Sequence record: SRR20825010_2151 | DNA length: 64,000 bases | Direction: 5' to 3' (one strand) | Shown: piece by piece, positions 1 through 8,816 of the stretch | How positions within the stretch are numbered: the first letter of the stretch is position 1 | Layout of the letters: the number at the start of each line of letters is the position of its first letter | Notes under the pieces: generated by a model | Database searches by the model: none | What the model saw: only the letters and a program-made list of their open reading frames with translations | Told to the model about the DNA's origin: nothing | Made by a program: the position numbers and the translations under genes

Positions 1-1
1 T

Positions 2-88
2 TGCGGTAAAAAAAGAAAAAGACATAAGATTTCAACTCACAAGAGAAAGAAAAGACTTAGAAAAAACAGACACAAAACTAAGAAGTAG
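2..88 (+). CDS. 30S ribosomal protein bS22 (AURKAIP1/COX24/mS38-like), 5' end cut by the window edge
   Basis: Frame 2 reads CGKKRKRHKISTHKRKKRLRKNRHKTKK*, matching the Bacteroidota bS22-type peptide. It is too short for the ORF track. Confidence 0.85.
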   Translation, partial: CGKKRKRHKISTHKRKKRLRKNRHKTKK

Positions 89-105
89 TACTTCTTAGTT
101 TTGTG
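71..105. repeat. 17-bp perfect inverted repeat overlapping the bS22 stop codon
   Basis: cacaaaactaagaagta-g-tacttcttagttttgtg. Confidence 0.85.
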
Positions 106-152
106 CTTATACGCATCACTAGTTTAATTATTAACATTTAACTTTTTTCAAA

Positions 153-1709
153 TTGAGCAACGAATTAGTAATTAATTCGACTCAAGATGGATGTCGTATA
201 GCCCTTCTGAAAGATAAAAACCTGGTTGAGTTTCATCATGATCATGATGACAACCAGTTTAAGGTAGGTGATATGTACCTAGGAACGGTTAAGAAAATCG
301 TCCAAGGATTGAACGCGGCTTTTATAGATATTGGGTACGAGAAAGATGCTTTTCTGCATTATCTTGACCTTGGTCCGCAAATAAAATCACTAAACAAATA
401 CACCAGAATGGCCCAATCGGCCAATGATGTCAACGGTAACCTGAGTAAATTCAAAGGTGAGCCAGACATTAACAAGCTTGGCAAAATGGGTCAAGTGCTG
501 ACAAGAGGTCAGCAAATACTTGTTCAGGTTGTAAAAGAACCTATTTCAACAAAAGGGCCACGACTCTCTTGCGAGTTGTCTATAGCTGGGCGCTATATGG
601 TTTTAGTGCCTTTCTCTGATTCTATCAATATTTCTAAGAAAATAACTGATGGAGACGAGAGAAAAAGATTGATGAGATTGATTTCATCGATCAAACCCGA
701 AAAATTTGGTGTCATCGTTCGCACAGTAGCGAAAGGAAAAGATGTGGCCGAATTAGATAAAGATCTCCGAAACCTCGAAGAAACTTGGATTGAAGGCATT
801 AAAAAACTTCACAAAGCCAAGCCTAAAGATAAGGTCATCGGAGAAATGAGTAGGGCTTCATCCTTGCTCCGCGATATCCTCAACGAATCTTTTGACAGTG
901 TAAGTACGGATGATAAGGAAATCTACAATGAGATTAAATCCTACATTCAGAAAATTGCTCCCGACAAAGAAAAGATAGCTAAGCTTTACACAGGAAAAGC
1001 CAAAATCTTTGAAGCCTTTGGAATTGAAAAACAATTCAAATCGCTTTTTGGTAAAACTGTAAGCTTGCCAAAAGGCGGCTATCTAATAATTGAGCATACC
1101 GAAGCACTTCACGTTATTGACGTGAACAGTGGTAATAAATCGAATGCAGGAGAAGATCAAGAAAGCACCGCGCTTGCTGTTAATATTGAGGCAGCAAGAG
1201 AAGTAGCACGCCAATTAAGGCTCCGCGACATGGGTGGTATTATTGTGATCGACTTTATCGATATGCGTAAGGCTGAAAACAAAAAGCAGCTTTACACTGT
1301 AATGCGTGACATTATGGATGATGACCGTGCAAAAAACACAGTCCTGCCCATCACCAAATTTGGCTTAATGCAAATTACACGTCAGCGTGTAAGGCCAGAA
1401 ATGAACATTACTACCCGCGAAAACTGCCCAACATGTGGAGGAACGGGAAAAGTAGCTGCGACAATACTTGTTTCAGATACGATTGAAAAGAATATCGATT
1501 ACATTCTTGGTACCCAAAACGAAAAGGGAATTACGCTATTAGTGCATCCTTTTTTACATGCTTATTTCACCAGGGGAATATTCTCTAAAAGGTGGGAGTG
1601 GTACAAGAAATATCACACTTGGGTAAAAATTGAAAAAGACAGTTCTTTAAGTCTTTCAACTTATACCATAAACAACAAGCTTGGTGAAGAGATTGCCATT
1701 ACAGCTTAA
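153..1709 (+). CDS. Rne/Rng family ribonuclease
   Basis: S1 domain (AAFIDIG..KDAFLH), IDVNSG and RLRDMGGIIVIDFIDM catalytic motifs, CPTCGG Zn-link; TTG start. Confidence 0.95.
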   Translation: MSNELVINSTQDGCRIALLKDKNLVEFHHDHDDNQFKVGDMYLGTVKKIVQGLNAAFIDIGYEKDAFLHYLDLGPQIKSLNKYTRMAQSANDVNGNLSKFKGEPDINKLGKMGQVLTRGQQILVQVVKEPISTKGPRLSCELSIAGRYMVLVPFSDSINISKKITDGDERKRLMRLISSIKPEKFGVIVRTVAKGKDVAELDKDLRNLEETWIEGIKKLHKAKPKDKVIGEMSRASSLLRDILNESFDSVSTDDKEIYNEIKSYIQKIAPDKEKIAKLYTGKAKIFEAFGIEKQFKSLFGKTVSLPKGGYLIIEHTEALHVIDVNSGNKSNAGEDQESTALAVNIEAAREVARQLRLRDMGGIIVIDFIDMRKAENKKQLYTVMRDIMDDDRAKNTVLPITKFGLMQITRQRVRPEMNITTRENCPTCGGTGKVAATILVSDTIEKNIDYILGTQNEKGITLLVHPFLHAYFTRGIFSKRWEWYKKYHTWVKIEKDSSLSLSTYTINNKLGEEIAITA

Positions 1710-1730
1710 GTTTTAAAACATCAATTCAAA

Positions 1731-1765
1731 CAAAAAAGGGAACCTCAAATGAGGTTCCCTTTTTG
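1731..1765. terminator. Bidirectional intrinsic terminator
   Basis: caaaaaagggaacctca-aa-tgaggttccctttttg between convergent genes. Confidence 0.9.
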
Positions 1766-1786
1766 CTTTATCAGTCTATTTGATTG

Positions 1787-3595
1787 TTATGCGAAATAAT
1801 AAGGGAATTTGCCCTTGGCAATCATTGTGTCTGCCACTTGTCTTCTAAGCTCCTTAGTATTTACTAAGTCCATTTTTGTAAAGCGCTTCAAGCCCATTAA
1901 CATCACTTTCTGCTCATCACCTTTGGTGAAGGATGCAATGGCCTCTTTGGCTGCTGCATTCACTTTATCGATAGCTTGAGCCATGTAAATCTGTGTCATG
2001 GCAATGTAATCCTTACAAGCTTCCTCGCCTCTTTGGCTCACTAGTTTCTCTGTTCTTAGCATAGATGATTCTACTGCGTAAATCTCAATCAGAATATCGG
2101 CAAGATTCATCATCACCTCTTGTTCGTCTTCAATTTTATCCTGAAGTGCCATAGCCGCTTTTCCGCCTACCATAAGGAAAACCTTCTTCAAGTTTTTCAC
2201 TACTTCTTTTTCAGCATTAAATAATACCGACTTATCAATTGTAGTGAAAGAAGGCACAGAAACAAGCTCTTTAGAAACTGCCATTGCTGGTTCGAACATG
2301 TTCAGTTCGCCTTTCATTGCACGTTTCAAAAGCATTCCGATCATCAACATTCGGTTGATTTCGTTAGTGCCTTCATAAATTCTGGCAATACGCGCATCTC
2401 TATAAGCTCTTTCCATTGGAGCATCGGCAGAATAACCCATCCCCCCATAAACTTGAACACCTTGATCCACTACATAGTCCAACACTTCAGAACTGTGAAT
2501 TTTTGCAATGGCGCACTCAATAGCGAATTGCTCCACACCTTTAAGTTTCGCTTTCGCATCGTCCATTCCACCTGCGATCAGATCGTTAATTTTATCTTCG
2601 ATGTTCTGCCCTGCTCTGTAGTCCAAAGATTCCGTCACGTAGGTCTTAGTAGCCATCTCGGCTAATTTGCTTTTGATCGCGCCAAAGCTTGAGATTGATA
2701 CACCAAATTGTTTGCGTTCGTTGGCATATTGAGTAGCATAAGAAATTACGGTTCTACAACCTCCTAACACTCCTGCACCCAATTTCACTCGACCAATGTT
2801 CAAGATATTTACCGCAATTTTAAAACCATTACCTCTTTCAGAAAGCATGTTTTCAACAGGAACTGGGCAATCATTAAAGAATACCTGGCGGGTTGAAGAA
2901 CCTTTAATACCAAGCTTCTTCTCTTCTTCATTCATTGTGATTCCACCGAAGGATTTCTCAACAATAAAGGCGGTTAGGTTCTTGTCATCTTCAATCTTTG
3001 CGAATACGATAAACAAGTCAGCGAAACCTGCATTCGAGATCCACATTTTCTGACCCGTAACATTATAGTGCTTTCCATCCGCAGATAGAACAGCCTTTGT
3101 CTTTCCTGAATTGGCATCAGATCCAGCATCAGGCTCTGTCAAGCAATAACAAGCAGCCCATTCACCAGTGGCTAGTTTCGGTAAATACTTTTCTTTCTGT
3201 TCCTCAGTTCCGTAATAAAGAATTGGCAAGGTTCCGATTCCAGTATGTGCACCATAGGTTGTAGAGAACGATCCTGCTGCACCAATTACATCGGCCATCA
3301 GCATACTTGTATTGAAGCTCATTCCTAAGCCTCCATATTGCTCTGGCACGGTGATGCCCAAAAGGCCTAGTTCTCCTGCTTTTTTGAAAATGCTAGGAAC
3401 CAAATCCGGCTCTTTCATACTGTCGATTCGATCGGCATTAGGCGTAATTTCTGTTTCGATGAAATCGCTACAGGCTTGCGCCATCATTTTTTGCTCTTCG
3501 CTAAATTCTTCAGGAATAAAAACTTCCTGAGCAGGAGTTTCTCTTACTAGAAATTCACCGCCCTTAATTGATGCTTTATTGGTTTCGCTTGACAT
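1787..3595 (-). CDS. Acyl-CoA dehydrogenase (FadE-like)
   Basis: LTEPDAGSDA, GQKMWISNA, ERKQFG, GGMGY, IYEGTNEINR motifs. Confidence 0.95.
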   Translation of the reverse strand: MSSETNKASIKGGEFLVRETPAQEVFIPEEFSEEQKMMAQACSDFIETEITPNADRIDSMKEPDLVPSIFKKAGELGLLGITVPEQYGGLGMSFNTSMLMADVIGAAGSFSTTYGAHTGIGTLPILYYGTEEQKEKYLPKLATGEWAACYCLTEPDAGSDANSGKTKAVLSADGKHYNVTGQKMWISNAGFADLFIVFAKIEDDKNLTAFIVEKSFGGITMNEEEKKLGIKGSSTRQVFFNDCPVPVENMLSERGNGFKIAVNILNIGRVKLGAGVLGGCRTVISYATQYANERKQFGVSISSFGAIKSKLAEMATKTYVTESLDYRAGQNIEDKINDLIAGGMDDAKAKLKGVEQFAIECAIAKIHSSEVLDYVVDQGVQVYGGMGYSADAPMERAYRDARIARIYEGTNEINRMLMIGMLLKRAMKGELNMFEPAMAVSKELVSVPSFTTIDKSVLFNAEKEVVKNLKKVFLMVGGKAAMALQDKIEDEQEVMMNLADILIEIYAVESSMLRTEKLVSQRGEEACKDYIAMTQIYMAQAIDKVNAAAKEAIASFTKGDEQKVMLMGLKRFTKMDLVNTKELRRQVADTMIAKGKFPYYFA

Positions 3596-3600
3596 GTTAT

Positions 3601-3631
3601 GTGTATTTAGTATTGTGATTTGGGTATTGAG
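3601..3631. repeat. Degenerate 7-nt tandem array (downstream arm of four-helix cassette 1)
   Basis: gtgtatt tagtatt gtgattt gggtatt gag. Confidence 0.7.
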
Positions 3632-3635
3632 CCTG

Positions 3636-3989
3636 CTAGCGGTTAATTGACTTTTTGAGACTATAAATCATCTTCTGTATCTTATCCACTTCTAACTCTA
3701 GTTTCCCAAATGAGTCATTGTTTAAAAATTTTAATCTATTTGCAATAATTAGTTGTGTCTCCAGTTCACAAGAAGAGCCATAGGCAATTCCTAAAAACTG
3801 GTTAAATTCTCCAGAGGTATTTCTTCCAGCGCCTTCCGCAATATTTGAACTTATTGAAACTACACTTCTTCGAATCTGACTTGTCAGCCCAAATCTTTCA
3901 TCGGCAGGCAATTCTTCTGTTGATTTATAAATATCTACCGCAAAATCAACGGAACTTTTCCAAACTCTTAACTCCTTATAATTATTCAT
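3636..3989 (-). CDS. Four-helix bundle protein (23S rRNA IVS protein-like), copy 1
   Basis: YKELRVW...ERFGLTSQIRRSVVSISSNIAEGAGR...GSSCELETQL family signature. Confidence 0.9.
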   Translation of the reverse strand: MNNYKELRVWKSSVDFAVDIYKSTEELPADERFGLTSQIRRSVVSISSNIAEGAGRNTSGEFNQFLGIAYGSSCELETQLIIANRLKFLNNDSFGKLELEVDKIQKMIYSLKKSINR

Positions 3990-4025
3990 ATGTGCTATGT
4001 TTTTTGTTTACAACTGAAACTCATT

Positions 4026-4056
4026 CTCACTACACAATACACACAACTAAATTCTA
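4026..4056. repeat. Degenerate 7-nt tandem array (upstream arm of cassette 1), inverted relative to 3601-3631
   Basis: Minus strand reads tagaatt tagttgt gtgtatt gtgtagt gag; the first TAG is the thiolase stop. Confidence 0.7.
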
Positions 4057-5232
4057 TTTTAAGAATTCATAAATACCCGCTACACCTTGGCCACCGCCTA
4101 CACAGGCTGTTACCATTCCGTATTTAGAGTTGCCTCTCCTTCTCATCTCGTTGAAAAGCTGAACCGAAAGTTTTGCTCCTGAACAACCAAGTGGATGTCC
4201 TAAAGCAATTGCTCCACCATTAACATTCAAAATAGAGCGATCAAAATCTAGCTCTTTAATTACCGCTAAAGATTGGGCTCCAAATGCTTCGTTTAATTCA
4301 ATTAAATCAAGATCAGACTGTTTCAAGCCTGCTTGCTTTAATGCTTTTGGCACTGCATCCACTGGACCAATTCCCATAATTCGCGGGTGAACACCCACAG
4401 CGGTATAGGTAACCATTCGGGCGATAGGCTCTAAGCCAAGTTCCTTTACCATTTTCTCAGACATTACCATCACAAATGAGGCACCATCTGAAACTGGAGA
4501 AGAGTTGCCGGCCGTTACCTGACCCCCTTGAGCAAATACTGGCCTTAGTCCAGCCAATATTTCCATTGAAGTATCTCCTCTTGGTCCTTCGTCTTTATCT
4601 ACGGTGTAAGACTTTTCCGTCATTTTGCCGTCAGCGCCAACAAATTTCTCTGTTACTTTAATCGGAACAATTTCATCATCGAATTTACCATCAGCTTGCG
4701 CTTTCACCGCTTTTTGATGTGACTCATAGGCAAATTGATCTGACTCTTCTCGAGTAATATTATATTCCTTTCCTACTTGCTCAGCAGTTAAACCCATACT
4801 CAAGTAGTAATCTTTATGCTCTGTGGCCAGCTTGTAATTCAAGGCAGTTTTATAACCCATGACAGGTACTTGACTCATCGACTCCGTTCCACCCGCTATG
4901 ATACAATCTGCCGTACCCGCGTGAATTCTAGACGAGGCCAAAGCAATGGCTTCCAAACCAGAACCGCAATAGCGGTTAACGGTTACGCCAGGTACTCCAA
5001 TAGGCAATGACAAAAGAGAAATCATTCTTCCCATTTGCATACCCTGCTCTGCTTCTGGCACTGCGTTACCTACAATAAGGTCATCAACTCTGGTTGGGTC
5101 GAAATTGGCTACCTGACCCACCAAGTGTTTTATAACTTCAGCAGCCATGTCATCAGAACGTACACTTTTAAGCACACTACGCTTTCCACGTCCTACGGCT
5201 GTTCTATATCCTGCAACTATATATGCGTCCAT
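4054..5232 (-). CDS. fadA: Acetyl-CoA C-acyltransferase (3-ketoacyl-CoA thiolase)
   Basis: VNRYCGSG, ELNEAF, GGAIALGHPLG, ACVGGGQG thiolase motifs; fad operon context. Confidence 0.93.
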   Translation of the reverse strand: MDAYIVAGYRTAVGRGKRSVLKSVRSDDMAAEVIKHLVGQVANFDPTRVDDLIVGNAVPEAEQGMQMGRMISLLSLPIGVPGVTVNRYCGSGLEAIALASSRIHAGTADCIIAGGTESMSQVPVMGYKTALNYKLATEHKDYYLSMGLTAEQVGKEYNITREESDQFAYESHQKAVKAQADGKFDDEIVPIKVTEKFVGADGKMTEKSYTVDKDEGPRGDTSMEILAGLRPVFAQGGQVTAGNSSPVSDGASFVMVMSEKMVKELGLEPIARMVTYTAVGVHPRIMGIGPVDAVPKALKQAGLKQSDLDLIELNEAFGAQSLAVIKELDFDRSILNVNGGAIALGHPLGCSGAKLSVQLFNEMRRRGNSKYGMVTACVGGGQGVAGIYEFLK

Positions 5233-5241
5233 ATTTTTATT

Positions 5242-5276
5242 TAGATTATAGAGGTTAGATATTAGAAGATAGACTT
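5242..5276. repeat. TAGANNN 7-nt tandem array (downstream arm of four-helix cassette 2)
   Basis: tagatta tagaggt tagatat tagaaga tagactt; 5249-5266 is the exact reverse complement of 5668-5685. Confidence 0.9.
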
Positions 5277-5277
5277 A

Positions 5278-5637
5278 CTAACTCTTACCTCTTAGTTTGT
5301 TTAATAGTCCTGTAATCATTTTCTGAATTTCCCAGACTTTCTCTAGGCATTCGTCTAACTTTTCTTGGGTCAGAAAACCCAAATCAAAGGACAAAAGAAG
5401 CTGAGTTTCCAATTCATGCGAAGAACCCATACTCATGTCCAAGAATCTAGCAAAATCAACATCGCTGCTCCTACCAGAACCTTCAGCAATATTTGAGGGA
5501 ATTGAAACAGCACAAGATTGAAGCTGGTGGCATAAGTTGAATTTCTCACTGGCTGGAAATGTTGAAGTCAATAAATAAACTTCCTTCACCAGGAACATAC
5601 TCTTTTGCCATACTTTTAACTCTCTGAAATTATGCAT
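5278..5637 (-). CDS. Four-helix bundle protein (23S rRNA IVS protein-like), copy 2
   Basis: FRELKVWQKS...EKFNL...AVSIPSNIAEGSGR...GSSHELETQL. Confidence 0.9.
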   Translation of the reverse strand: MHNFRELKVWQKSMFLVKEVYLLTSTFPASEKFNLCHQLQSCAVSIPSNIAEGSGRSSDVDFARFLDMSMGSSHELETQLLLSFDLGFLTQEKLDECLEKVWEIQKMITGLLNKLRGKS

Positions 5638-5643
5638 CTCTAT

Positions 5644-5685
5644 TCGTCTAAATACTATTATCTAGCGTCTAATATCTAACCTCTA
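5644..5685. repeat. TAGANNN 7-nt tandem array (upstream arm of cassette 2)
   Basis: Minus strand reads tagaggt tagatat tagacgc tagataa tagtatt tagacga; the first TAG is the fadN stop. Confidence 0.9.
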
Positions 5686-8067
5686 GTTTCTAAGCGGTTT
5701 TCCTTTGAAAAGAATGCTGTGAATTCGCTCTAAGGTCTTTGGCTCGGCAGTAAGTGCCAAGAAAGCCTCGCGCTCTAAATCAAGAAGGTATTGTTCTGAT
5801 ACTTCTTGTGGAGCAGTTAAGTCTCCACCACACATTACATAACCTACTTTTCTCGCAATTTTAGCATCATGCTCAGAAATATAGTTTCCGAAAAGCATTC
5901 CGTTAATTCCCGCTTCGAAAAGTGCTAGACCAGTTACACCTTGCACTTTAATATTCGTTCTTTCCACTGGCTGGGTATATCCCGCTTCATGCAATTCGAG
6001 CACTTTCTTCTTAGCGTCAGAAATCAATCGTTTTCTGTTCATCGTAATTCCGTCAGTCGGTCGAAGAATATTCATTCCTCTGGCCTCTTCAGCTGAAGTA
6101 GCAACCTTAGCAGTCGCAATATTCATAAAGGCTTCTTGAAGTCTGTTCAGTTCTGGATCACCCGCTACGTAAGAATCTGCAGCTCTTAACGCGAGCTCCT
6201 TCGTTCCTCCTCCACCAGGGATCAAACCAACACCCACTTCAACCAAACCAATGTAGGTTTCGGCATGGGCTTGAATGGCATCGCAATGCAACGACAATTC
6301 ACAACCTCCACCCAACGCTAGACCTGCCGGTGCGGCTACTACCGGGATGGAAGAGAATTTCGCCAGCCTCATTGTATTCTGGAATTGTGCAATCATTAGA
6401 TTGATCTCGTCAAAATCTTGATCGCCCGCATACATAAACAGCATGGCCAAGTTTGCCCCTGCTGAGAAGTTTGGCCCTTCGTTTCCAATCACCAAACCTT
6501 TATAATCTTTCTCTGCCATAGAAATGGCCGTTTGAATTCCTTCAATGACTTCAGCGCCCATCGAATTCATTTTGGTATGGAACTCTAAGCAAAGCACACC
6601 ATCTCCTATATCGAAAACGGATGCACCAGCGTTGCCCCAAACCTTATTGGTTTCACGGATATTTTCTAAGATGATCAGCTCATCTAAGCCCGGAATTACT
6701 TTGTATGATTTTGAAGGAATGTCATAATAGTGCTTGATCCCTTTTTCAATTTTGTAGAAAGCATCGTTTCCAGCTTCAAGCATTTCATACACCCAAGCCG
6801 CTGGCTTTAGGTTCATGGCTTCCATTTTCTCCACAGTGGCTTTTACTCCTAGCAGATCCCAAGTTTCATATGGACCTAGCTCCCAACCAAAACCAGCGCA
6901 AACTGCTTGGTCTATTCTGTAGAGCTCGTCTGAAATTTCTGGTATTCTGAAGGAAACGTATTTGAAAGTATCGTAGAATGTAGTTCTGTAGAACTCACCT
7001 GCTTTATCATCAAAATTAACGAGTGTTTTGATTCTGGCTTTGAGGTTTTCTTCTTCCTTAACGGCTTCAAGTGCTTTGAAATTCGCCCTTGTTCTTTCAC
7101 CGTATTCATAGGTTTTTAAATCAAGTTCAAGAATTTCGGTCTTGCCGTTAGCGTCTTTTGTTTTCTTGAAATAGCCTTGCTTAGACTTGTCGCCAAACCA
7201 ACCTCGCTTATGCACTTCTTCAACAATACCTGGAAGAATAAACTTCTCTCTGGCCTCGTCATTCTGTAAGCCCTTATGCAAATTGTTGGCAACATTAACC
7301 GTAGTATCTAAACCAACAACATCCATGGTACGGAAAGTGGCAGACTTAGCACGACCGATAATTGGCCCAGTCATTCTATCTACTTCGCCAACCGTAAGCC
7401 CCATTTCTTCAATGGTGTGCATAGCAGACATAATAGCATAAATACCAATTCTGTTGGCAATAAACGCTGGGGTATCTTTACAAAGCACGGTTTCCTTTCC
7501 TAAGAAAAGGTCTCCATAATGCATTAAGAAATCAATGATCGCTGGGTCTGTTTTAGGCCCAGGAATGATTTCTAACAAGCGTAAATACCTTGGTGGGTTG
7601 AAAAAGTGAGAACCACAGAAATGCTTCTGGAAATCCTCGCTTCTACCTTCACACATCAAATGCATAGGAATACCAGATGTATTCGATGTAATCAGCGTGC
7701 CTGGCTTTCTGTGTTTTTCAACTTGATCGAAGATGATCTTCTTAATATCAAGCCTTTCCACCACAACTTCCATAATCCAGTCCACTTCAGAAATTTTAGA
7801 CATATCGTCTTCAAAATTTCCTGTGGAAATTCTGCTTGAAAAACTCAAGTCATAAATTGGGGAAGGCTTTGATTTCAATGCTGTTGTTAATGCACCGTTT
7901 ACCAGTTTGTTTCTGGCTGCTTTATTGGACTTCTGGTCTTCGGGTAAATCCCTCGGTACCATATCCAATAACAATACTTCTACTCCGATATTAGCGAAAT
8001 GGCAAGCTATACGTGAGCCCATCACTCCTGAACCTAATACCGCAACTTTTCTAATCGATCTGTTCAT
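5683..8067 (-). CDS. 3-hydroxyacyl-CoA dehydrogenase/enoyl-CoA hydratase (FadN-like)
   Basis: GSGVMG Rossmann motif, SNTSG, HFFNPPRY, C-terminal crotonase domain (FSAGANL, ALGGGCE, GLVEVGVGLIPGGGG). Confidence 0.95.
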   Translation of the reverse strand: MNRSIRKVAVLGSGVMGSRIACHFANIGVEVLLLDMVPRDLPEDQKSNKAARNKLVNGALTTALKSKPSPIYDLSFSSRISTGNFEDDMSKISEVDWIMEVVVERLDIKKIIFDQVEKHRKPGTLITSNTSGIPMHLMCEGRSEDFQKHFCGSHFFNPPRYLRLLEIIPGPKTDPAIIDFLMHYGDLFLGKETVLCKDTPAFIANRIGIYAIMSAMHTIEEMGLTVGEVDRMTGPIIGRAKSATFRTMDVVGLDTTVNVANNLHKGLQNDEAREKFILPGIVEEVHKRGWFGDKSKQGYFKKTKDANGKTEILELDLKTYEYGERTRANFKALEAVKEEENLKARIKTLVNFDDKAGEFYRTTFYDTFKYVSFRIPEISDELYRIDQAVCAGFGWELGPYETWDLLGVKATVEKMEAMNLKPAAWVYEMLEAGNDAFYKIEKGIKHYYDIPSKSYKVIPGLDELIILENIRETNKVWGNAGASVFDIGDGVLCLEFHTKMNSMGAEVIEGIQTAISMAEKDYKGLVIGNEGPNFSAGANLAMLFMYAGDQDFDEINLMIAQFQNTMRLAKFSSIPVVAAPAGLALGGGCELSLHCDAIQAHAETYIGLVEVGVGLIPGGGGTKELALRAADSYVAGDPELNRLQEAFMNIATAKVATSAEEARGMNILRPTDGITMNRKRLISDAKKKVLELHEAGYTQPVERTNIKVQGVTGLALFEAGINGMLFGNYISEHDAKIARKVGYVMCGGDLTAPQEVSEQYLLDLEREAFLALTAEPKTLERIHSILFKGKPLRN

Positions 8068-8072
8068 GTGTT

Positions 8073-8507
8073 CTAAAAGATTGATTTTTTATCTATAAGA
8101 TTATTTATCTGTTCTATTACTTCGAAAAAGGTGTCTAGCTTTTCTTTTTCTATTAACTCGTTAGCGGTAGTATTAAATTCTAAAACCGTGGCTCGAGATA
8201 TCTCTCTCTTCTGTTTTCCAAGTTCAGTAAGAAATATTCTAACCGAACGACCGTCATTAGGATCCTTCTCACGATATATAAAGCCTTTTTCTTCCATGCT
8301 TTTGAGCATACGGGTAAGGCTTCGGGATTCTAATCCCATTAAAGGGGCAATTTTTGTGGCTGGAGTGCCTTCTTTACTATTAATAATAAGGAGTACAAAA
8401 CCAATAGAGGTGGTAATGTCGTGTTTTACTGCTTGTTGATTATACATGCGGTAGATCGCATGCCAAAGCATTTTTACATTGTGGTCTATGGTTTCTTCTC
8501 TCTTCAT
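8073..8507 (-). CDS. MarR family transcriptional regulator
   Basis: SLTRMLKSMEEKGFIYR...DGRSVRIFLTELG winged helix; first gene of the fad operon. Confidence 0.92.
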   Translation of the reverse strand: MKREETIDHNVKMLWHAIYRMYNQQAVKHDITTSIGFVLLIINSKEGTPATKIAPLMGLESRSLTRMLKSMEEKGFIYREKDPNDGRSVRIFLTELGKQKREISRATVLEFNTTANELIEKEKLDTFFEVIEQINNLIDKKSIF

Positions 8508-8543
8508 AATCCTGTAAGGGTTACGAAGTTAAAGAAAATTTGT

Positions 8544-8555
8544 TATGCATGCATA
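8544..8555. promoter_or_regulatory. Palindromic candidate MarR operator
   Basis: Perfect palindrome TATGCATGCATA 37 nt upstream of the marR start. Confidence 0.6.
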
Positions 8556-8603
8556 CTATTTTTTTGAAAAATTTTTGCTCCTCTTTTAAATGGAGAATCT
8601 CCT

Positions 8604-8804
8604 TTACAAGTCGATAAGGTCAAAATCTTCTCCTTTTCCGTAACGTATAAGATCAAAAAGATGGTACGTATCTAATGAGTTGAGGTCTTTAAGAAGACAG
8701 TCTTCATTTGCTTTTATTTCGATTACTTCAAACTCAAACGTTTCTGAAAAATTCAGAAGCTTAAACTTCTTACCTACCCGTAAATTATTAAATGATTTTG
8801 CCAT
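8604..8804 (-). CDS. Small hypothetical protein
   Basis: 66-aa ORF, co-oriented and tightly spaced after the acyl-CoA ligase. Confidence 0.7.
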   Translation of the reverse strand: MAKSFNNLRVGKKFKLLNFSETFEFEVIEIKANEDCLLKDLNSLDTYHLFDLIRYGKGEDFDLIDL

Positions 8805-8816
8805 TGAGCGAAGGTA

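Noticed and set aside
3636-5637. Diversity-generating retroelement (four-helix proteins share the Avd fold)
   Set aside because: No reverse transcriptase and no TR/VR repeat pair differing at adenines was seen in the window.
5249-5685. Classical IS element or MITE
   Set aside because: The enclosed ORF has no DDE/HUH transposase motifs, no target-site duplication is evident, and the arms are heptamer arrays.
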